DNA of 64,000 nt from Terriglobia bacterium (GTDB lineage Bacteria > Acidobacteriota > Polarisedimenticolia > Polarisedimenticolales > JAIQFR01): the NCBI GenBank assembly GCA_963790465.1, contig CAWBOP010000025.1, forward strand, positions 40,913 to 104,912, written 5' to 3'. Below, piece after piece: positions 11,575 through 22,107 of this stretch; within the stretch, counting starts at the first letter, position 1, and the number at the start of each line of letters is the position of its first letter. The notes under the pieces were generated by a model. It saw only the letters and a list, made by a program, of their open reading frames with translations. It was not told the DNA's origin and did no database searches. Both the position numbers and the translations under genes were made by a program.

Positions 11575-13073
11575 AGCCTCTCCTCGAATTGCGGGGGATC
11601 GTCAAGCGCTACGGCGGCGTCCTGGCGCTCGATCGCGTCGACTTCCGGCTCGAGCGCGGCGAGGTTCACGCCCTCGTCGGCGAGAACGGCGCGGGGAAGT
11701 CCACGCTCATGAAGATCCTCGCGGGAGCGATTTCCCGCGACGCCGGCGACATCCTGGTGGAGGGGGTCGAGGCGGCGCTCGGCTCGCCTTCGGCCTCGCA
11801 GCGGCTCGGCATCGGGATGATCCACCAGGACCTGAATCTGGTCCCCGGGTTGACCGTCGCCGAGAATCTCGTGCTGGGCGCGGAGCCCCTCTTTGGGAGG
11901 ACGCCGTTCCTCGACCGGCGCGCGATGGAGCGGGCCGCCAGGGAGGCGCTCGCGCAGCTCGGAGTCGAGATCGACCCCGCGGCACAGGCCGGCGGGCTCG
12001 GCGTCGCGCACCGGCAGATCGTCGAGATCGCGAGGGCGATCTCCCGCGAGATCCGCATCCTGGCCCTCGACGAGCCGACCGCGCCGCTGACCGGGAAGGA
12101 GATCCGGCGGTTGTTCGAGGTGGTTCGCCGCCTCGGGGCCGGGGGAGCGGGGATCATCTACATATCGCACCGGCTGGACGAGGTGTTCGAGATCGCGGAC
12201 CGGGTGACCGTGCTGCGCGACGGAAGGACGGTGGCGAGCGCGCCGGTCGCCTCGGTCGACCGCGCGACGCTGGTCCGGTGGATGGTCGGGCGGGAGATCG
12301 CGGAAGCGGAGAGGGAAGCCGCGCCCGCCGCCGGGGAAGAGATCCTGCGGCTCGAAGGGGTCGCGGCGGGGCGGCTGGGCCCGGTGGACTTCTCGCTCCG
12401 CCGGGGCGAGATCCTCGGGCTGGCAGGGCTCGTGGGCGCGGGACGGACGGAGCTGGCGCGCCTGATCTTCGGCGCGGACCGGCGGGAGCGGGGAAGAATC
12501 TTTCTCGAGGGACGCGAGATCGCGCCCCGTTCGCCGCGCGAGGCGATCGATCTCGGGATCGCGCTCCTGACGGAGGACCGCAACCGCCTCGGCCTCGTCT
12601 CGACGATGAGCGTTCGCGAGAACGTGACCCTGGCCGCGCTCCGGGCGCTCGGACGCGGGCCGTTCACGAGCCGGAGGCGGGAGGAGGCCGCGGCACGCCG
12701 CCACGTGGAGCAACTCAGGATCCGGACTCCTTCCCTCGATGCGGGGGTGGACCGGCTCAGCGGAGGGAACCGGCAGAAAGTGGTGCTTGCCCGCTGGCTC
12801 GAGACGCGCTCCGGCGTGCTGATCTTCGACGAGCCGACCGCCGGGGTCGACGTGGGCGCGAGAGCGGAGATCCTTGCAAGAGTCCGCGAGCTGGCCGCCG
12901 CCGGCGCGGGTGTGATCGTGATCTCGTCGGACCTGCCGGAGCTGCTCGGTTCGTGCGACCGGATCCTGGTGCTGTGCCGGGGGCGGATCGCGGGCGAGCT
13001 GGACGCGCGCGAGGCCACGCAGGAGCGGGTCATGGCGCTCGCGACCGGCGGCGGCGGACGGGAGGCGGCGTGA
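11571..13073 (+). CDS. sugar ABC transporter ATP-binding protein with duplicated ATPase domains (RbsA-like)
   Basis: Walker A GENGAGKST, the signature LSGGNRQKVVLARWL, and two ABC cassettes are present. The start overlaps the upstream stop (ATGA). Confidence 0.9.
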   Translation: MKPLLELRGIVKRYGGVLALDRVDFRLERGEVHALVGENGAGKSTLMKILAGAISRDAGDILVEGVEAALGSPSASQRLGIGMIHQDLNLVPGLTVAENLVLGAEPLFGRTPFLDRRAMERAAREALAQLGVEIDPAAQAGGLGVAHRQIVEIARAISREIRILALDEPTAPLTGKEIRRLFEVVRRLGAGGAGIIYISHRLDEVFEIADRVTVLRDGRTVASAPVASVDRATLVRWMVGREIAEAEREAAPAAGEEILRLEGVAAGRLGPVDFSLRRGEILGLAGLVGAGRTELARLIFGADRRERGRIFLEGREIAPRSPREAIDLGIALLTEDRNRLGLVSTMSVRENVTLAALRALGRGPFTSRRREEAAARRHVEQLRIRTPSLDAGVDRLSGGNRQKVVLARWLETRSGVLIFDEPTAGVDVGARAEILARVRELAAAGAGVIVISSDLPELLGSCDRILVLCRGRIAGELDAREATQERVMALATGGGGREAA

Positions 13074-14038
13074 GGATCGCCGCACGAGGACCGGCTCTCG
13101 AACGGGTGGCCGAGCTGGGGCTGGCTGCGGCGCTCGCGGTGGAGTGCGCGGCGTTCGCGCTCCTGTCTCCTCATTTCTTCACCGCCGAGAATCTGCTGAA
13201 CGTCTCGCTCCAGGCGTCGATCACCGCGATCATTGCCGCCGGGATGACCTTCGTGATCCTCACCGGCGGGATCGACCTGTCGGTCGGTTCGGTGGTGGCC
13301 CTCGCCGGGATCGTCGCGACCGGCACGCTCAAGGCCGGCTGGCCGCCGGCCGTCGCGCTTCCGGCCGCTCTGCTGCTGGCGCTGGCGTTCGGGGCGGCGT
13401 CGGGCGCCATCGCCGGCCTGTTCGTCACCCGGTTCGCGATTGCGCCGTTCATCGTGACCCTCGCGCTCATGACGGTGTGGCGCGGCACCGCCTTCGTGGC
13501 GACGCAGGGACGTCCCGTGTGGGATCTGCCCGAGGTGTTCGGCGTCCTCGGGAGCGCTCGCCCGCTCGGCGTGCCGCTTCCTTCGCTCGTGATGCTCGCG
13601 GTCTTCGCCGCCGCCCACGTCACGCTCCATCACACCCGATTCGGGCGCTACGTGCTGGCCGTCGGGGGAAACTCCGAGGCCGCGCGCCTCGCGGGTATCC
13701 GTACCGGCCGGGTGGTGAATAGCGCGTACGTCCTGTGCGGCGTGCTCTCGGCGGCAAGCGGGGTGCTGCTGGCCTCCAGGATGAACTCCGGCCAGCCGAA
13801 CGCCGGGCTGATGTACGAACTCGACGTGATCGCGTCGGTCGTGGTGGGGGGAACGAGCCTCTCCGGCGGCCGGGGCTCGATCGCGGGGACTTTCCTTGGC
13901 GCGATGCTGATCGCGGTCCTGAGGAACGGGCTGAATCTCCTCAACGTGAATTCCTACGTGCAGCAGGTGGTGGTGGGGGTGGTGATCCTGCTGGCGGTGC
14001 TGACGGACACGGCCCGGAGACGGCGGGAAGCGGGCTAG
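13070..14038 (+). CDS. sugar ABC transporter permease (RbsC/BPD_transp_2-like)
   Basis: The GTG start overlaps the ATPase stop (GTGA). The protein is polytopic and hydrophobic, with TGGIDLSVGS and GGTSLSGGRGS motifs. Confidence 0.85.
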   Translation: MRIAARGPALERVAELGLAAALAVECAAFALLSPHFFTAENLLNVSLQASITAIIAAGMTFVILTGGIDLSVGSVVALAGIVATGTLKAGWPPAVALPAALLLALAFGAASGAIAGLFVTRFAIAPFIVTLALMTVWRGTAFVATQGRPVWDLPEVFGVLGSARPLGVPLPSLVMLAVFAAAHVTLHHTRFGRYVLAVGGNSEAARLAGIRTGRVVNSAYVLCGVLSAASGVLLASRMNSGQPNAGLMYELDVIASVVVGGTSLSGGRGSIAGTFLGAMLIAVLRNGLNLLNVNSYVQQVVVGVVILLAVLTDTARRRREAG

Positions 14039-14055
14039 CGGCGTGGAGGTGGGGT

Positions 14056-17000
14056 ATGTCGGTTCGCGGGACGCTCGCGTTTCTTCTGCTCGCGGTCTCG
14101 CCGGTTTACGGCGCGACCGCGATCGATCGTCTGACCGAGAAACTGGACGCGTCGACTCGCCTCTCCTTCGACGAGTGGAAAGCGAGTCCGGACCTCAAGA
14201 CACTGAGGATCGACGGCGACGCGCCGGCGCGCCCGGACTTCGACGACTCGCTCTGGGACACCCTGAGGTTCAAGGAGAAGATCTACCCCGACTCCTGCTG
14301 GCTCCGGAAGACGATCGTCCTGCCCGAGACGTACCTCGGCCGGAGCGTCCGCGGGCCGGTCCGGATTCGCCTCACGGTGGACGACGCGGGGACCCTGTTC
14401 GTGAACGGCGAGAACAAGGGGTACTTCGGCTGGGACGGGGCCTTCGAGCTGACCCGGGACGCGAAGCCGGGCGAGAAGTTCGTGCTGGCGATCAAGGCGG
14501 TCAACACCGGCGGGCCGCTCCGGATCTTCCGCGCGGACGTCGAGCTCGACGCCGCGCGAGACCTCCGGGACAAGGTCGGGGGGTTCTCGATGAGCCTCCG
14601 CGTGGGGCAGAAGCTCCTCGGGTTCGACACGTACCAGACCAGCTCGAACAACAAGGTCGATCCGGGGACCGACCGCTCCACCGTCTCCCGAGAGGAGAAG
14701 ACACGGCTCGGCGCGCTCCTCGAGGAGATCGCCGGGCGCGTGGACACGGGCGCGCTCGAGCGCGGCGACACGGAGCGGTTCCTCGCGTCCGTCGACGCCG
14801 CCCGCGCGGCGCTGAAGCCCGTCGGGGAGTTCGCGCGGCGCTACACCCTGTTCTTCGATGCGAACGCGCACATCGACGCCGCCTGGCTGTGGCGCGAGCG
14901 GGAGACGGTGGAGGTCTGCAAGCGGACCTTCTCGTCGGTGTTGAACATGTTCGATGCCCGCCCGGGCTTCACCTACACCCAGAGCTCCGCCGCCTACTAC
15001 GACTGGATGGAGCGACTCGATCCCGACCTCTTTCGCCGGATCCGGGAAAAGGCCGGGGAGGGACGATGGGAGCCGGTGGGCGGGATGTGGATCGAGCCGG
15101 ACTGCAACCTGCCGTCCGGCGACTCGTGGGCGCGCCAGCTGCTTTACGGGAAGCGGTACTTCCGGGACAAGCTGGGTGTCGACGTGAAGATCGGCTGGAA
15201 CCCCGACTCGTTCGGCTACAACTGGAACATGCCGCAGCTGTACCGCCAGGCGGGAATCGACGCGTTCATCACGCAGAAGATCGGCTGGAACGCGGTCAAC
15301 GTGTTCCCCCACCGGCTGTTCTGGTGGGAGGCGCCCGACGGCTCGCGCGTCCTGAGCTACTTCCCGTTCGACTACGTCGACACCGTCGAGGATCCGTACC
15401 GCTTGGTGGACTGGATCCGGCAGTTCGACGCCAACACCGGCTTCCGGAAGATGCTGGTGCTGTTCGGCGTCGGGGACCACGGCGGCGGGCCGTCCCTCGA
15501 GATGCTGGATCGAGTGGACCGGCTCCGGTCGCTCGACGTGTTCCCCGAGGTGGAGTACGGGACCGCGGGGAAGTACCTGGCCTGGCTCCGCTCGCAGGAT
15601 CTGTCGAAACTCCCGGTCTGGAGGGACGAGCTGTACCTCGAATACCACGAGGGGACGTTCACGACGCAGGCCCGGATGAAGGAGGGAAACCGCCGGAGCG
15701 AGGTCCTGCTGGGCGACGCGGAAAAGTTCTCGACCCTCGCGACGCTCGCGGGGAGGGCGTACGACGGCGCGGCGCTCCAGGAGGCGTGGAAGCACGTCCT
15801 GTTCAACCAGTTCCACGACATCCTTCCGGGCTCGTCGATCCGCGAAGTGTACGTGGACGCCCCCGAGCGGTACCGGACCGCGGAGGAGATCGCCTCGCAC
15901 GAGCTGGACGGCGCTCTCGACCGGTTGGCGCGGGCCGCGGACACCTCGAAGGCCGAGGGCACGCCCGTCGTGGTGTTCAACCCCCTCGCCTGGGAGCGGC
16001 GGGACCCTGTCCGCGTGAAGCTCCCCGCCGGCGAGGAAGGGGAGCTCGCGGTGTTCGATGCGCGCGGGCGAGAGATGCCGTCGCAGGTGGTCCCCGCCGG
16101 GCGCTACGCCCGCGAGTTGCTGTTCGTCGCCGAAGGCGTTCCGCCGCTCGGATACGCGGTCTTCGACCTCCGGCGCGGGAAGCCCTCCGTCGCCTCGGCG
16201 CTCCGGGTCGCCAAGAGCCGGATCGAGAACGAGTTCTTTACGATCGAGATCGATCCCGTCTCGGGATGGGTCAAGAGCATCGTGGACAGGCGGAACGGCA
16301 AGGAAGTTCTCGCCGGCCCCGGCAACGAATTGCAGCTCCTCGAGGACCGGCCCGCGGCGTGGGACGCCTGGAACATCGGTCTCACGGGTACCCGTTACCC
16401 CTCGACGTTTCGCTCCGCGGAGGTGATCGAGCGGGGACCCGCGCGTGCGGTGCTGCGGCTGACGCGCGACTTCCTGAAGCCCGGGTCGAAAAAGGAGTTC
16501 CCCACCGAGGACTTTCCCTCGACGTTCTTCACGCAGGACGTCGTCCTCCACGCGGGGATCGACCGGATCGATTTCGTCACCGGCGTGGACTGGTGGGAAG
16601 AGAAGACGATGCTCAAGGTCGCCTTCCCGGTGGCGGTCGCCGATGCCTCCGCGAGTTACGAGATCCCGTTCGGCTCCATCGCGCGTCCGACGGGGGAGCG
16701 GGACAGCTGGGAGAAGGCGAAGCGGGAGGTGCCGGCGCAGAGGTGGGCGGACCTGTCGCAGGACGACTACGGGGTGAGCCTTTTGAACCGGGCGAAGTAC
16801 GGCCACGACATCAAGGGTTCGACGATGCGCCTGTCGCTCCTGCGCTCGCCGGTCTGGCCCGACCCGACGGCGGACCGGGGCAAGCACGCGATCGAGTACG
16901 CGCTCTACCCGCACGCGGGGCGCTGGCGCGCCGCCGCCACCGTGCGCAGGGGGGCGGAGTACGACACGCCGCTCCTCGCCGTCGTGACCGACGGGCACCC

Positions 17001-17280
17001 GGGCACGCTGCCGGTGGAGAAGTCGTTCGTGAGCGTGGGTCCTGAGCGCTACGTGCTCACGTCGATCAAGAAGGCGGAGGACTCCCAAGCGTGGGTGATC
17101 CGCTGGTACGAGTCGCGGGGGGAGGATGGGACCGCCGAGGTCGTGCTCCCGTTCGAACCGAGCCGGGTCGTGATGTCGAACTTCCTCGAGGAGGATGGCG
17201 CGCCGCTGCCGGCCGCCGGCAAGCTGCTGCGGGTGCCGACGCCGCGCAGCGGCGTGGTCACCGTCAAGATCTTTCCGTGA
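14056..17280 (+). CDS. GH38-family alpha-mannosidase with signal peptide
   Basis: Intact 1074-aa frame with the motifs HIDAAWLW, GGMWIEPDCNLPSGDSWARQLLYGKRYF, GWNPDSFGY and QFHDILPGSSI. Confidence 0.9.
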   Translation: MSVRGTLAFLLLAVSPVYGATAIDRLTEKLDASTRLSFDEWKASPDLKTLRIDGDAPARPDFDDSLWDTLRFKEKIYPDSCWLRKTIVLPETYLGRSVRGPVRIRLTVDDAGTLFVNGENKGYFGWDGAFELTRDAKPGEKFVLAIKAVNTGGPLRIFRADVELDAARDLRDKVGGFSMSLRVGQKLLGFDTYQTSSNNKVDPGTDRSTVSREEKTRLGALLEEIAGRVDTGALERGDTERFLASVDAARAALKPVGEFARRYTLFFDANAHIDAAWLWRERETVEVCKRTFSSVLNMFDARPGFTYTQSSAAYYDWMERLDPDLFRRIREKAGEGRWEPVGGMWIEPDCNLPSGDSWARQLLYGKRYFRDKLGVDVKIGWNPDSFGYNWNMPQLYRQAGIDAFITQKIGWNAVNVFPHRLFWWEAPDGSRVLSYFPFDYVDTVEDPYRLVDWIRQFDANTGFRKMLVLFGVGDHGGGPSLEMLDRVDRLRSLDVFPEVEYGTAGKYLAWLRSQDLSKLPVWRDELYLEYHEGTFTTQARMKEGNRRSEVLLGDAEKFSTLATLAGRAYDGAALQEAWKHVLFNQFHDILPGSSIREVYVDAPERYRTAEEIASHELDGALDRLARAADTSKAEGTPVVVFNPLAWERRDPVRVKLPAGEEGELAVFDARGREMPSQVVPAGRYARELLFVAEGVPPLGYAVFDLRRGKPSVASALRVAKSRIENEFFTIEIDPVSGWVKSIVDRRNGKEVLAGPGNELQLLEDRPAAWDAWNIGLTGTRYPSTFRSAEVIERGPARAVLRLTRDFLKPGSKKEFPTEDFPSTFFTQDVVLHAGIDRIDFVTGVDWWEEKTMLKVAFPVAVADASASYEIPFGSIARPTGERDSWEKAKREVPAQRWADLSQDDYGVSLLNRAKYGHDIKGSTMRLSLLRSPVWPDPTADRGKHAIEYALYPHAGRWRAAATVRRGAEYDTPLLAVVTDGHPGTLPVEKSFVSVGPERYVLTSIKKAEDSQAWVIRWYESRGEDGTAEVVLPFEPSRVVMSNFLEEDGAPLPAAGKLLRVPTPRSGVVTVKIFP

Positions 17281-17427
17281 GCGAGCCGGCGAATTTCCTC
17301 GTGGCCACCGGCATCGCCGGGATCCCGGGGAGCCCCCCCGTCGATCTCCTGGAAACGAATCCACCCGGCGCCTCGATGAGTGGACCGATCGGCTCGGCCT
17401 GCCGCGACTCCGCAAGGGAAGGTACGG

Positions 17428-18249
17428 TCAACGCGCCCAGACGACCCCTGCGCCGAGGGAGAGGCGCGGCACGGCGTCGGTGAGTCCCGCCGAGGCCAGG
17501 ACCTGGACCCGCCAGCTCGTGGAGAGAGTCCAGCGGGCGCCGCCGGTCAGGCGGGCGAGGTCGTTCCCCGTCTCGTAGCGGCTCGTCTCGAGCAGAAGCG
17601 AGGAGAACACCTCGACCCCCGAGGCGGCACGGTAGACCCCGCCGAAACCGGCAAGGATCGAGTTCTTCGCGGCGAGGGGGTCCGTAAGTGCATTGTCGAA
17701 ATCCCCGTTCCACCGGACGCCCACGTGCGCCTGGACGAACCCCTCGCCTCGAGTCCTCACGCCGCCGGCGAAGAACACGCCTCCTTCGAGGTTCCCGTTG
17801 CCGAGAAACTCTTCCTTGTCGCCGGTTGGAACCGACGCGAAGCCGCCGACGCTGAACACCGCGCTGCCGGCGCCGGGGAAACGGTACTTCGCCCAGCCCA
17901 GCGTGTCGCCGAGCCCGGAGACGCTCCCGAGGTCCCTGCTACTGAAATCCCGCGAGACGTAGCTCCCCGCGACGCCCAGTTCGAAGCTCGATCCCGGCGA
18001 CCAGGCCACCCGCCCATCGACCACCAGATCGGTCGCCGGACGGCTCTGGACGGAATCGTCGATCTTCCGGTAGCTCATCGAGAAGTCGACCCAGCTCCGA
18101 TCGGTGATTCCCGCATCGAACGGTAGCATCTCGGGTTGTCGCGGCGCGGGTTCCTCCGCGGCGCCTGCGGCGCCTGTCGCGAAAGGCGCGAGCGCCGTCA
18201 GCGCGAGGATCGTCGAAAGGAAGAGCCGGGAGATCGATCGGTTCGACAT
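17428..18249 (-). CDS. outer-membrane beta-barrel protein (transporter/MetA-pathway-like)
   Basis: Start MSNRSISRLFLSTILALTALAPFA (signal peptide). The sequence shows an alternating beta-strand pattern rich in aromatic and Gly residues. Confidence 0.6.
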   Translation of the reverse strand: MSNRSISRLFLSTILALTALAPFATGAAGAAEEPAPRQPEMLPFDAGITDRSWVDFSMSYRKIDDSVQSRPATDLVVDGRVAWSPGSSFELGVAGSYVSRDFSSRDLGSVSGLGDTLGWAKYRFPGAGSAVFSVGGFASVPTGDKEEFLGNGNLEGGVFFAGGVRTRGEGFVQAHVGVRWNGDFDNALTDPLAAKNSILAGFGGVYRAASGVEVFSSLLLETSRYETGNDLARLTGGARWTLSTSWRVQVLASAGLTDAVPRLSLGAGVVWAR

Positions 18250-18290
18250 GAAGACCCCTTCTCGCGGACCGCGCGGGCCGCGGTCCAAGA

Positions 18291-19439
18291 TTACACCTTG
18301 GACGCGATTCGCCGAAGCAGGCGGCTCACACCTTCCGCGAACGGATCCGGACGCGGCAGCAGGCTGAGGACCACGTACCCGTCTCCGGGGAAGTCGAAGA
18401 AGTACCCCGGGTGCACCGCGACGCCGTCCTGCTGGAGGAGCTCGATCGCGAGCGCCTCCTCGCCGATCGTGGAGGGGAAGCGGACGACGGCGCTCCATCC
18501 CCCCTGCGGCGCCGGGACCGTGACGCAGGAAACCGCCGCCGCCGCGGCGCGGAGCGTGCCGAGATTCGCCCGGCAGCGCTCCAGGATGGCCTTGCGCACG
18601 GGCGCGGCCTCGGCCAGCAGCAGCGGCAGCGCGAGCTGAACCGGCGTACCGACCGAGAGATAGTTGTCCGCGACGAACTCGAGGCGGCGCAGCGCTTCAT
18701 CGACCTCGGCCGGAGGGCCGCCGACCGCGATCCACGAAAGCTTGAGTTGCGGCAGGCCGAGCGACTTCGACAGCCCCCCCAGCGTGAAGGTCAGCACGTC
18801 GGACCGCGTCGCGAACGTCGGCGCTTCCCCGGCGCGAACGAGCGGGTAGTCGAGAAACACCTCGTCCACGATCAGTGCCGAACCGTGGCGCGCGCACGCG
18901 AGCGCGAGCGACGTCGCCGAGCTCGCCTCGAGGTACGACCCGGTGGGGTTGTTGGGGTGCACGGCGATCACGGCGCGCGCCTTTTCTGGAAGCTCCGCCG
19001 GAAGGGACGGTTGCCAGCCGTCCTCCACGAGAAGCGCGTAGGGGACGGCTCGCACCCCTTCGAGAGCGGCGAGGTGCTCGAACAGCGGGTACGAGGGGAC
19101 GGGCACCATGACGCAGTCGCCGGGGTCGCAGAGCAACTTGAACAGGAAGGCGTACGCCTCGCTCGAAGACGCGGCGAGCACGATCCGACCGGGCTCGACC
19201 CGCGCGCCGTGCCGCAGGTAGTCGGTCGCGATCGCCCGCCGCGCGGTTTCGATCCCGAGCGGCTCCGGACGATAGACGAGGCCTCCAGGCCGGGCGAGCG
19301 GCGCGAGCAGCGCCTCGGGATACGGGATCCCGCATGTGGTCGGGTTCGACACGGTCAGGTCGAACGGGACCTCGGTCTCGCGGCGCGCGCGCGCGATGGC
19401 GTTCGGTCGCAGATCGCCCGGAGTCCTGCGAGAAAACAT
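18291..19439 (-). CDS. class I/II PLP-dependent aminotransferase
   Basis: Motifs VMVPVPSYPLFEHL, AVIAVHPNNPTGSY, IVDEVFLDY and GGLSKSLGLPQLKLSW (PLP lysine context). Confidence 0.85.
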   Translation of the reverse strand: MFSRRTPGDLRPNAIARARRETEVPFDLTVSNPTTCGIPYPEALLAPLARPGGLVYRPEPLGIETARRAIATDYLRHGARVEPGRIVLAASSSEAYAFLFKLLCDPGDCVMVPVPSYPLFEHLAALEGVRAVPYALLVEDGWQPSLPAELPEKARAVIAVHPNNPTGSYLEASSATSLALACARHGSALIVDEVFLDYPLVRAGEAPTFATRSDVLTFTLGGLSKSLGLPQLKLSWIAVGGPPAEVDEALRRLEFVADNYLSVGTPVQLALPLLLAEAAPVRKAILERCRANLGTLRAAAAAVSCVTVPAPQGGWSAVVRFPSTIGEEALAIELLQQDGVAVHPGYFFDFPGDGYVVLSLLPRPDPFAEGVSRLLRRIASKV

Positions 19440-19503
19440 CGGCCTATCTTCGCACAGGGTCCCGGCGAGCCGTCGCTTCTCGACTCGTTGTAGCATTCTC
19501 CGT

Positions 19504-20745
19504 ATGGCTCGCGGCTCCTCCTCGACCTGGCGCGCGGCGCTGCGCGGCAACGTACTCGCGGTGGGGATCGTCAGTTTCTTCACCGACTTCTCGAGCGAGA
19601 TGATCTATCCGCTGCTGCCGGCGTTCGTGACGGGTCTCGTCCCGCTGGGAAGCGCCGCGGTCTGGGTGGGCCTCATGGAGGGGGTCGCCGAGAGCACCGC
19701 GAGCCTCCTCAAGCTCGTGTCGGGCCGGGTGAGCGACGCGCTGGGCCGGCGCAAGGCGCTCGTGGTGGTGGGGTATGGGCTGTCGACCGCGTGCCGCCCG
19801 ATGATGGCGGCGGCAGGGGCGGCGTGGCACGTGGTGGGGTTCCGGTTCGCGGACCGGATCGGCAAGGGGATCCGAACGTCGCCGCGCGACGCGATCGTCG
19901 GAGATTCCGTGGACCCGGCGCACCGCGGGCTCGCGTTCAGCTTCCACCGGGCGATGGACCACGCGGGCGCGGTGCTCGGACCGATCGTCGCGTCGGCGAT
20001 CCTGTGGGGGTTTCTCGGCCGCGCGATGTGGGGCGGAGGGACGAGGATCGAGGCGGGGGAGATGCACGCGCTGCGCTGGCTGTTCGCGATCGCTCTCGTC
20101 CCCGGGCTTTTCGCGATGGCCTGGTTGCTCGTCGGGGTGCGCGAGGTGGCGCCCGTCTCGGCCGGTCCCGCTCGTGCCGCCGGGGGCTGGCGAGGCCTGC
20201 CGCCGCGCCTTCACGGTTTCGTCGCGGTCGTGACCGTCTTCGCGCTCGGCAACAGCTCCGACCTTTTCCTGCTCCTCTACGGGCAGACCCGGTTCGGGCT
20301 CGGCATGGGCGGCGCGATGGCGCTCTGGGTGGCGCTTCATCTGTCCAAGATCGCCTTCAGCTTCCCCGGCGGAATTCTGTCCGACCGGCTCGGCCGTCGG
20401 GGCGTGATCGTCGCGGGCTGGGCGGTTTACGCGCTCGTGTACCTCGGGATGGCGAGGGCGGCGACGGCATGGCAGTACGGCGCGCTGTTCGTGGTGTACG
20501 GGTTCTACTACGGGATGACCGAGGGGGCGGAGAAGGCGCTGGTGGCCGACTTCGTTCCGAGCGAGCGGCGTGGCACCGCCTACGGCCTCTATCATGGTGC
20601 GGTCGGTCTGGCCGCGCTGCCGGCCAGCGTCCTCTTCGGATGGATCTGGAAGAGCGCGGGCGCCCCGGCCGCGTTCGGATTCGGTGCGGCGCTGGCCGGG
20701 CTCGCGGCGGTCCTCATGGCTTTCGTTCCGGGAGGCGAGCGATGA
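19504..20745 (+). CDS. MFS transporter
   Basis: VSFFTDFSSEMIYPLLPAFV and SGRVSDALGRRK (MFS loop motif), with about 12 predicted TM segments. Confidence 0.85.
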   Translation: MARGSSSTWRAALRGNVLAVGIVSFFTDFSSEMIYPLLPAFVTGLVPLGSAAVWVGLMEGVAESTASLLKLVSGRVSDALGRRKALVVVGYGLSTACRPMMAAAGAAWHVVGFRFADRIGKGIRTSPRDAIVGDSVDPAHRGLAFSFHRAMDHAGAVLGPIVASAILWGFLGRAMWGGGTRIEAGEMHALRWLFAIALVPGLFAMAWLLVGVREVAPVSAGPARAAGGWRGLPPRLHGFVAVVTVFALGNSSDLFLLLYGQTRFGLGMGGAMALWVALHLSKIAFSFPGGILSDRLGRRGVIVAGWAVYALVYLGMARAATAWQYGALFVVYGFYYGMTEGAEKALVADFVPSERRGTAYGLYHGAVGLAALPASVLFGWIWKSAGAPAAFGFGAALAGLAAVLMAFVPGGER

Positions 20746-21161
20746 TCGAAATCCGTGACGGTCTCGCGATTCCCGAGGAGGAAGTGAGTTTCCTCTTCTC
20801 CCGCAGCGGCGGTCCGGGCGGCCAGAACGTCAACAAGGTCTCGACGCGCGCGACCCTGCTGTTCGACGTCGTGGGCTCTTCGAGTCTCTCCCCGGACCAG
20901 AAGGCGAGGATCCTCTCCCGGCTCGCCACGCGAGTGAGCCGGACGGGGGTTCTGCGCGTGGTTTCCCAGGCCACCCGGAGCCAGGCCGCCAACCGCGCGG
21001 CCGCGATCGAGCGGTTCGCGGAACTCGTGCGCGGTGCGCTGCGGCGAGAAAAACCCCGCGCGCCGACTCGCGTTTCCAGGGCGGAGAAGATCCGGCGCCT
21101 CGAAAGCAAGCGCAGGCGCAGCAGGCTGAAGCGAAACCGCGTCGCTGGCGCCGACGACTGA
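20742..21161 (+). CDS. arfB: alternative ribosome-rescue factor ArfB (peptidyl-tRNA hydrolase, GGQ)
   Basis: GGPGGQNVNKVSTRA GGQ motif, a basic C-terminal tail, about 139 aa. The start shows ATGA coupling to the MFS stop. Confidence 0.9.
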   Translation: MIEIRDGLAIPEEEVSFLFSRSGGPGGQNVNKVSTRATLLFDVVGSSSLSPDQKARILSRLATRVSRTGVLRVVSQATRSQAANRAAAIERFAELVRGALRREKPRAPTRVSRAEKIRRLESKRRRSRLKRNRVAGADD

Positions 21162-21417
21162 CCGAAGCCCCTACTTCGGCTTCCAGCTCCCTTCGGGCAG
21201 CCGGATCCACTCGCCGGGGCGCGCGCAACGCGAGGAGCTCGCGGGGACCGACGCATGGGCGGGAACGGACTGGGGGGCGCGGCGCGGCGTGCCGGTTCGG
21301 CCAGTGGCGCTCCTCGAGTCGATGACTCCTCGAGCCACGGCTTTCTGCCGGTGGCGGCCACCGCCTGCGGCCGCCCCGCCGCGCCCCCCGGGGGAGGAGC
21401 GGGTCGAGACTCTTCTC

Positions 21418-21918
21418 TCAGCGCGCGCTCGCGGTCAAGACCACGAGCGAGTCGGACGATCCGCCGGATGCCCCCGCGCGGACCTCGCCCGCCGGCATCT
21501 CGAGGCCGGCGTTCAGCACGTACGTGGTGCCGTTCCGGCGCGGAGCGGGCAGGACGTACCCGACAAGGTCGAGGGTTTCGCCGATGCGCTGGAAGACGAC
21601 CGCCGGAGGGGTGTCGCCGCTCGTTTCGTTCGATCGCCTCCGGCTGACGAGCATTCCGACCGGTCGGCCGTTCACATACGTCTTGTGAAGCGTCGCGATC
21701 GGCGAGAGCGTCATCGAGTCGCACAGGGTCAGCACGCCGGAGGGATGGACGTTCCCGTCCGGCAGGCGGACCGGCTGGTCCACATCCACGCGGATGCACC
21801 CGCCTCCGGTGCCCGCGGACGCGGCGCTGATCGCGAAGAGGGACGCCGCGGCGAGCGCTGCGAAGGTCATCGCGAGCGTCTGTCCCCAGTTCACGGGGCT
21901 CGTTCGCCGTTCATACAT
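21418..21918 (-). CDS. hypothetical secreted protein
   Basis: ORF with the signal-like segment MTFAALAAASLFAISAASA. No recognisable family. Confidence 0.45.
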   Translation of the reverse strand: MYERRTSPVNWGQTLAMTFAALAAASLFAISAASAGTGGGCIRVDVDQPVRLPDGNVHPSGVLTLCDSMTLSPIATLHKTYVNGRPVGMLVSRRRSNETSGDTPPAVVFQRIGETLDLVGYVLPAPRRNGTTYVLNAGLEMPAGEVRAGASGGSSDSLVVLTASAR

Positions 21919-22087
21919 CCCGCACCTCCTTCTGGCCCCGCGTCTCGACCCGTGCCGGGAAGATCGCTCCGGCCGGCAAGACTAATCGCAAGTTCGGGGC
22001 CGGAGACGATATGCCGGGCGCCATCCGGAAAAACGCTTCCATTCCGCCGATTTGCGACCCTGATGGGCGGATGCGCATCACGCCTGA

Positions 22088-22107
22088 CTGTCTCGGTTTC
22101 GAGACAG
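22088..22107. repeat. perfect 8-bp-stem hairpin CTGTCTCG-gttt-CGAGACAG in an AT-rich divergent intergenic region
   Basis: Read directly from the sequence. The half-site TTCGAGACA recurs at about 22188. Confidence 0.6.

Noticed and set aside
14035-17415. Very long ORFs antisense to, or out of frame with, confidently assigned genes. Examples: 14035-17415(-), 14043-17045(+), 10836-13085(-), 12158-13633(-), 22422-24917(-), 41474-43813(+), 41577-44210(-), 47772-49331(+), 48613-50439(+), 30092-31954(-), 52965-54152(-), 55071-56798(-), 58107-60260(-).
   Set aside because: These are typical shadow ORFs of about 70% GC DNA. Their translations are Arg/Pro/Gly/Ala-rich low-complexity strings without family motifs, and each overlaps a gene with clear homology-type signatures on the other strand or frame.
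21162-21417. Gap between arfB and the convergent hypothetical gene, including a GAAGCC/GGCTTC hairpin and a minus-strand tail ...EWIRLPEGSWKPK*.
   Set aside because: The hairpin has no T-tract. The minus-strand frame has no start and only about 30 plausible codons. It is not supportable as a terminator or a gene.
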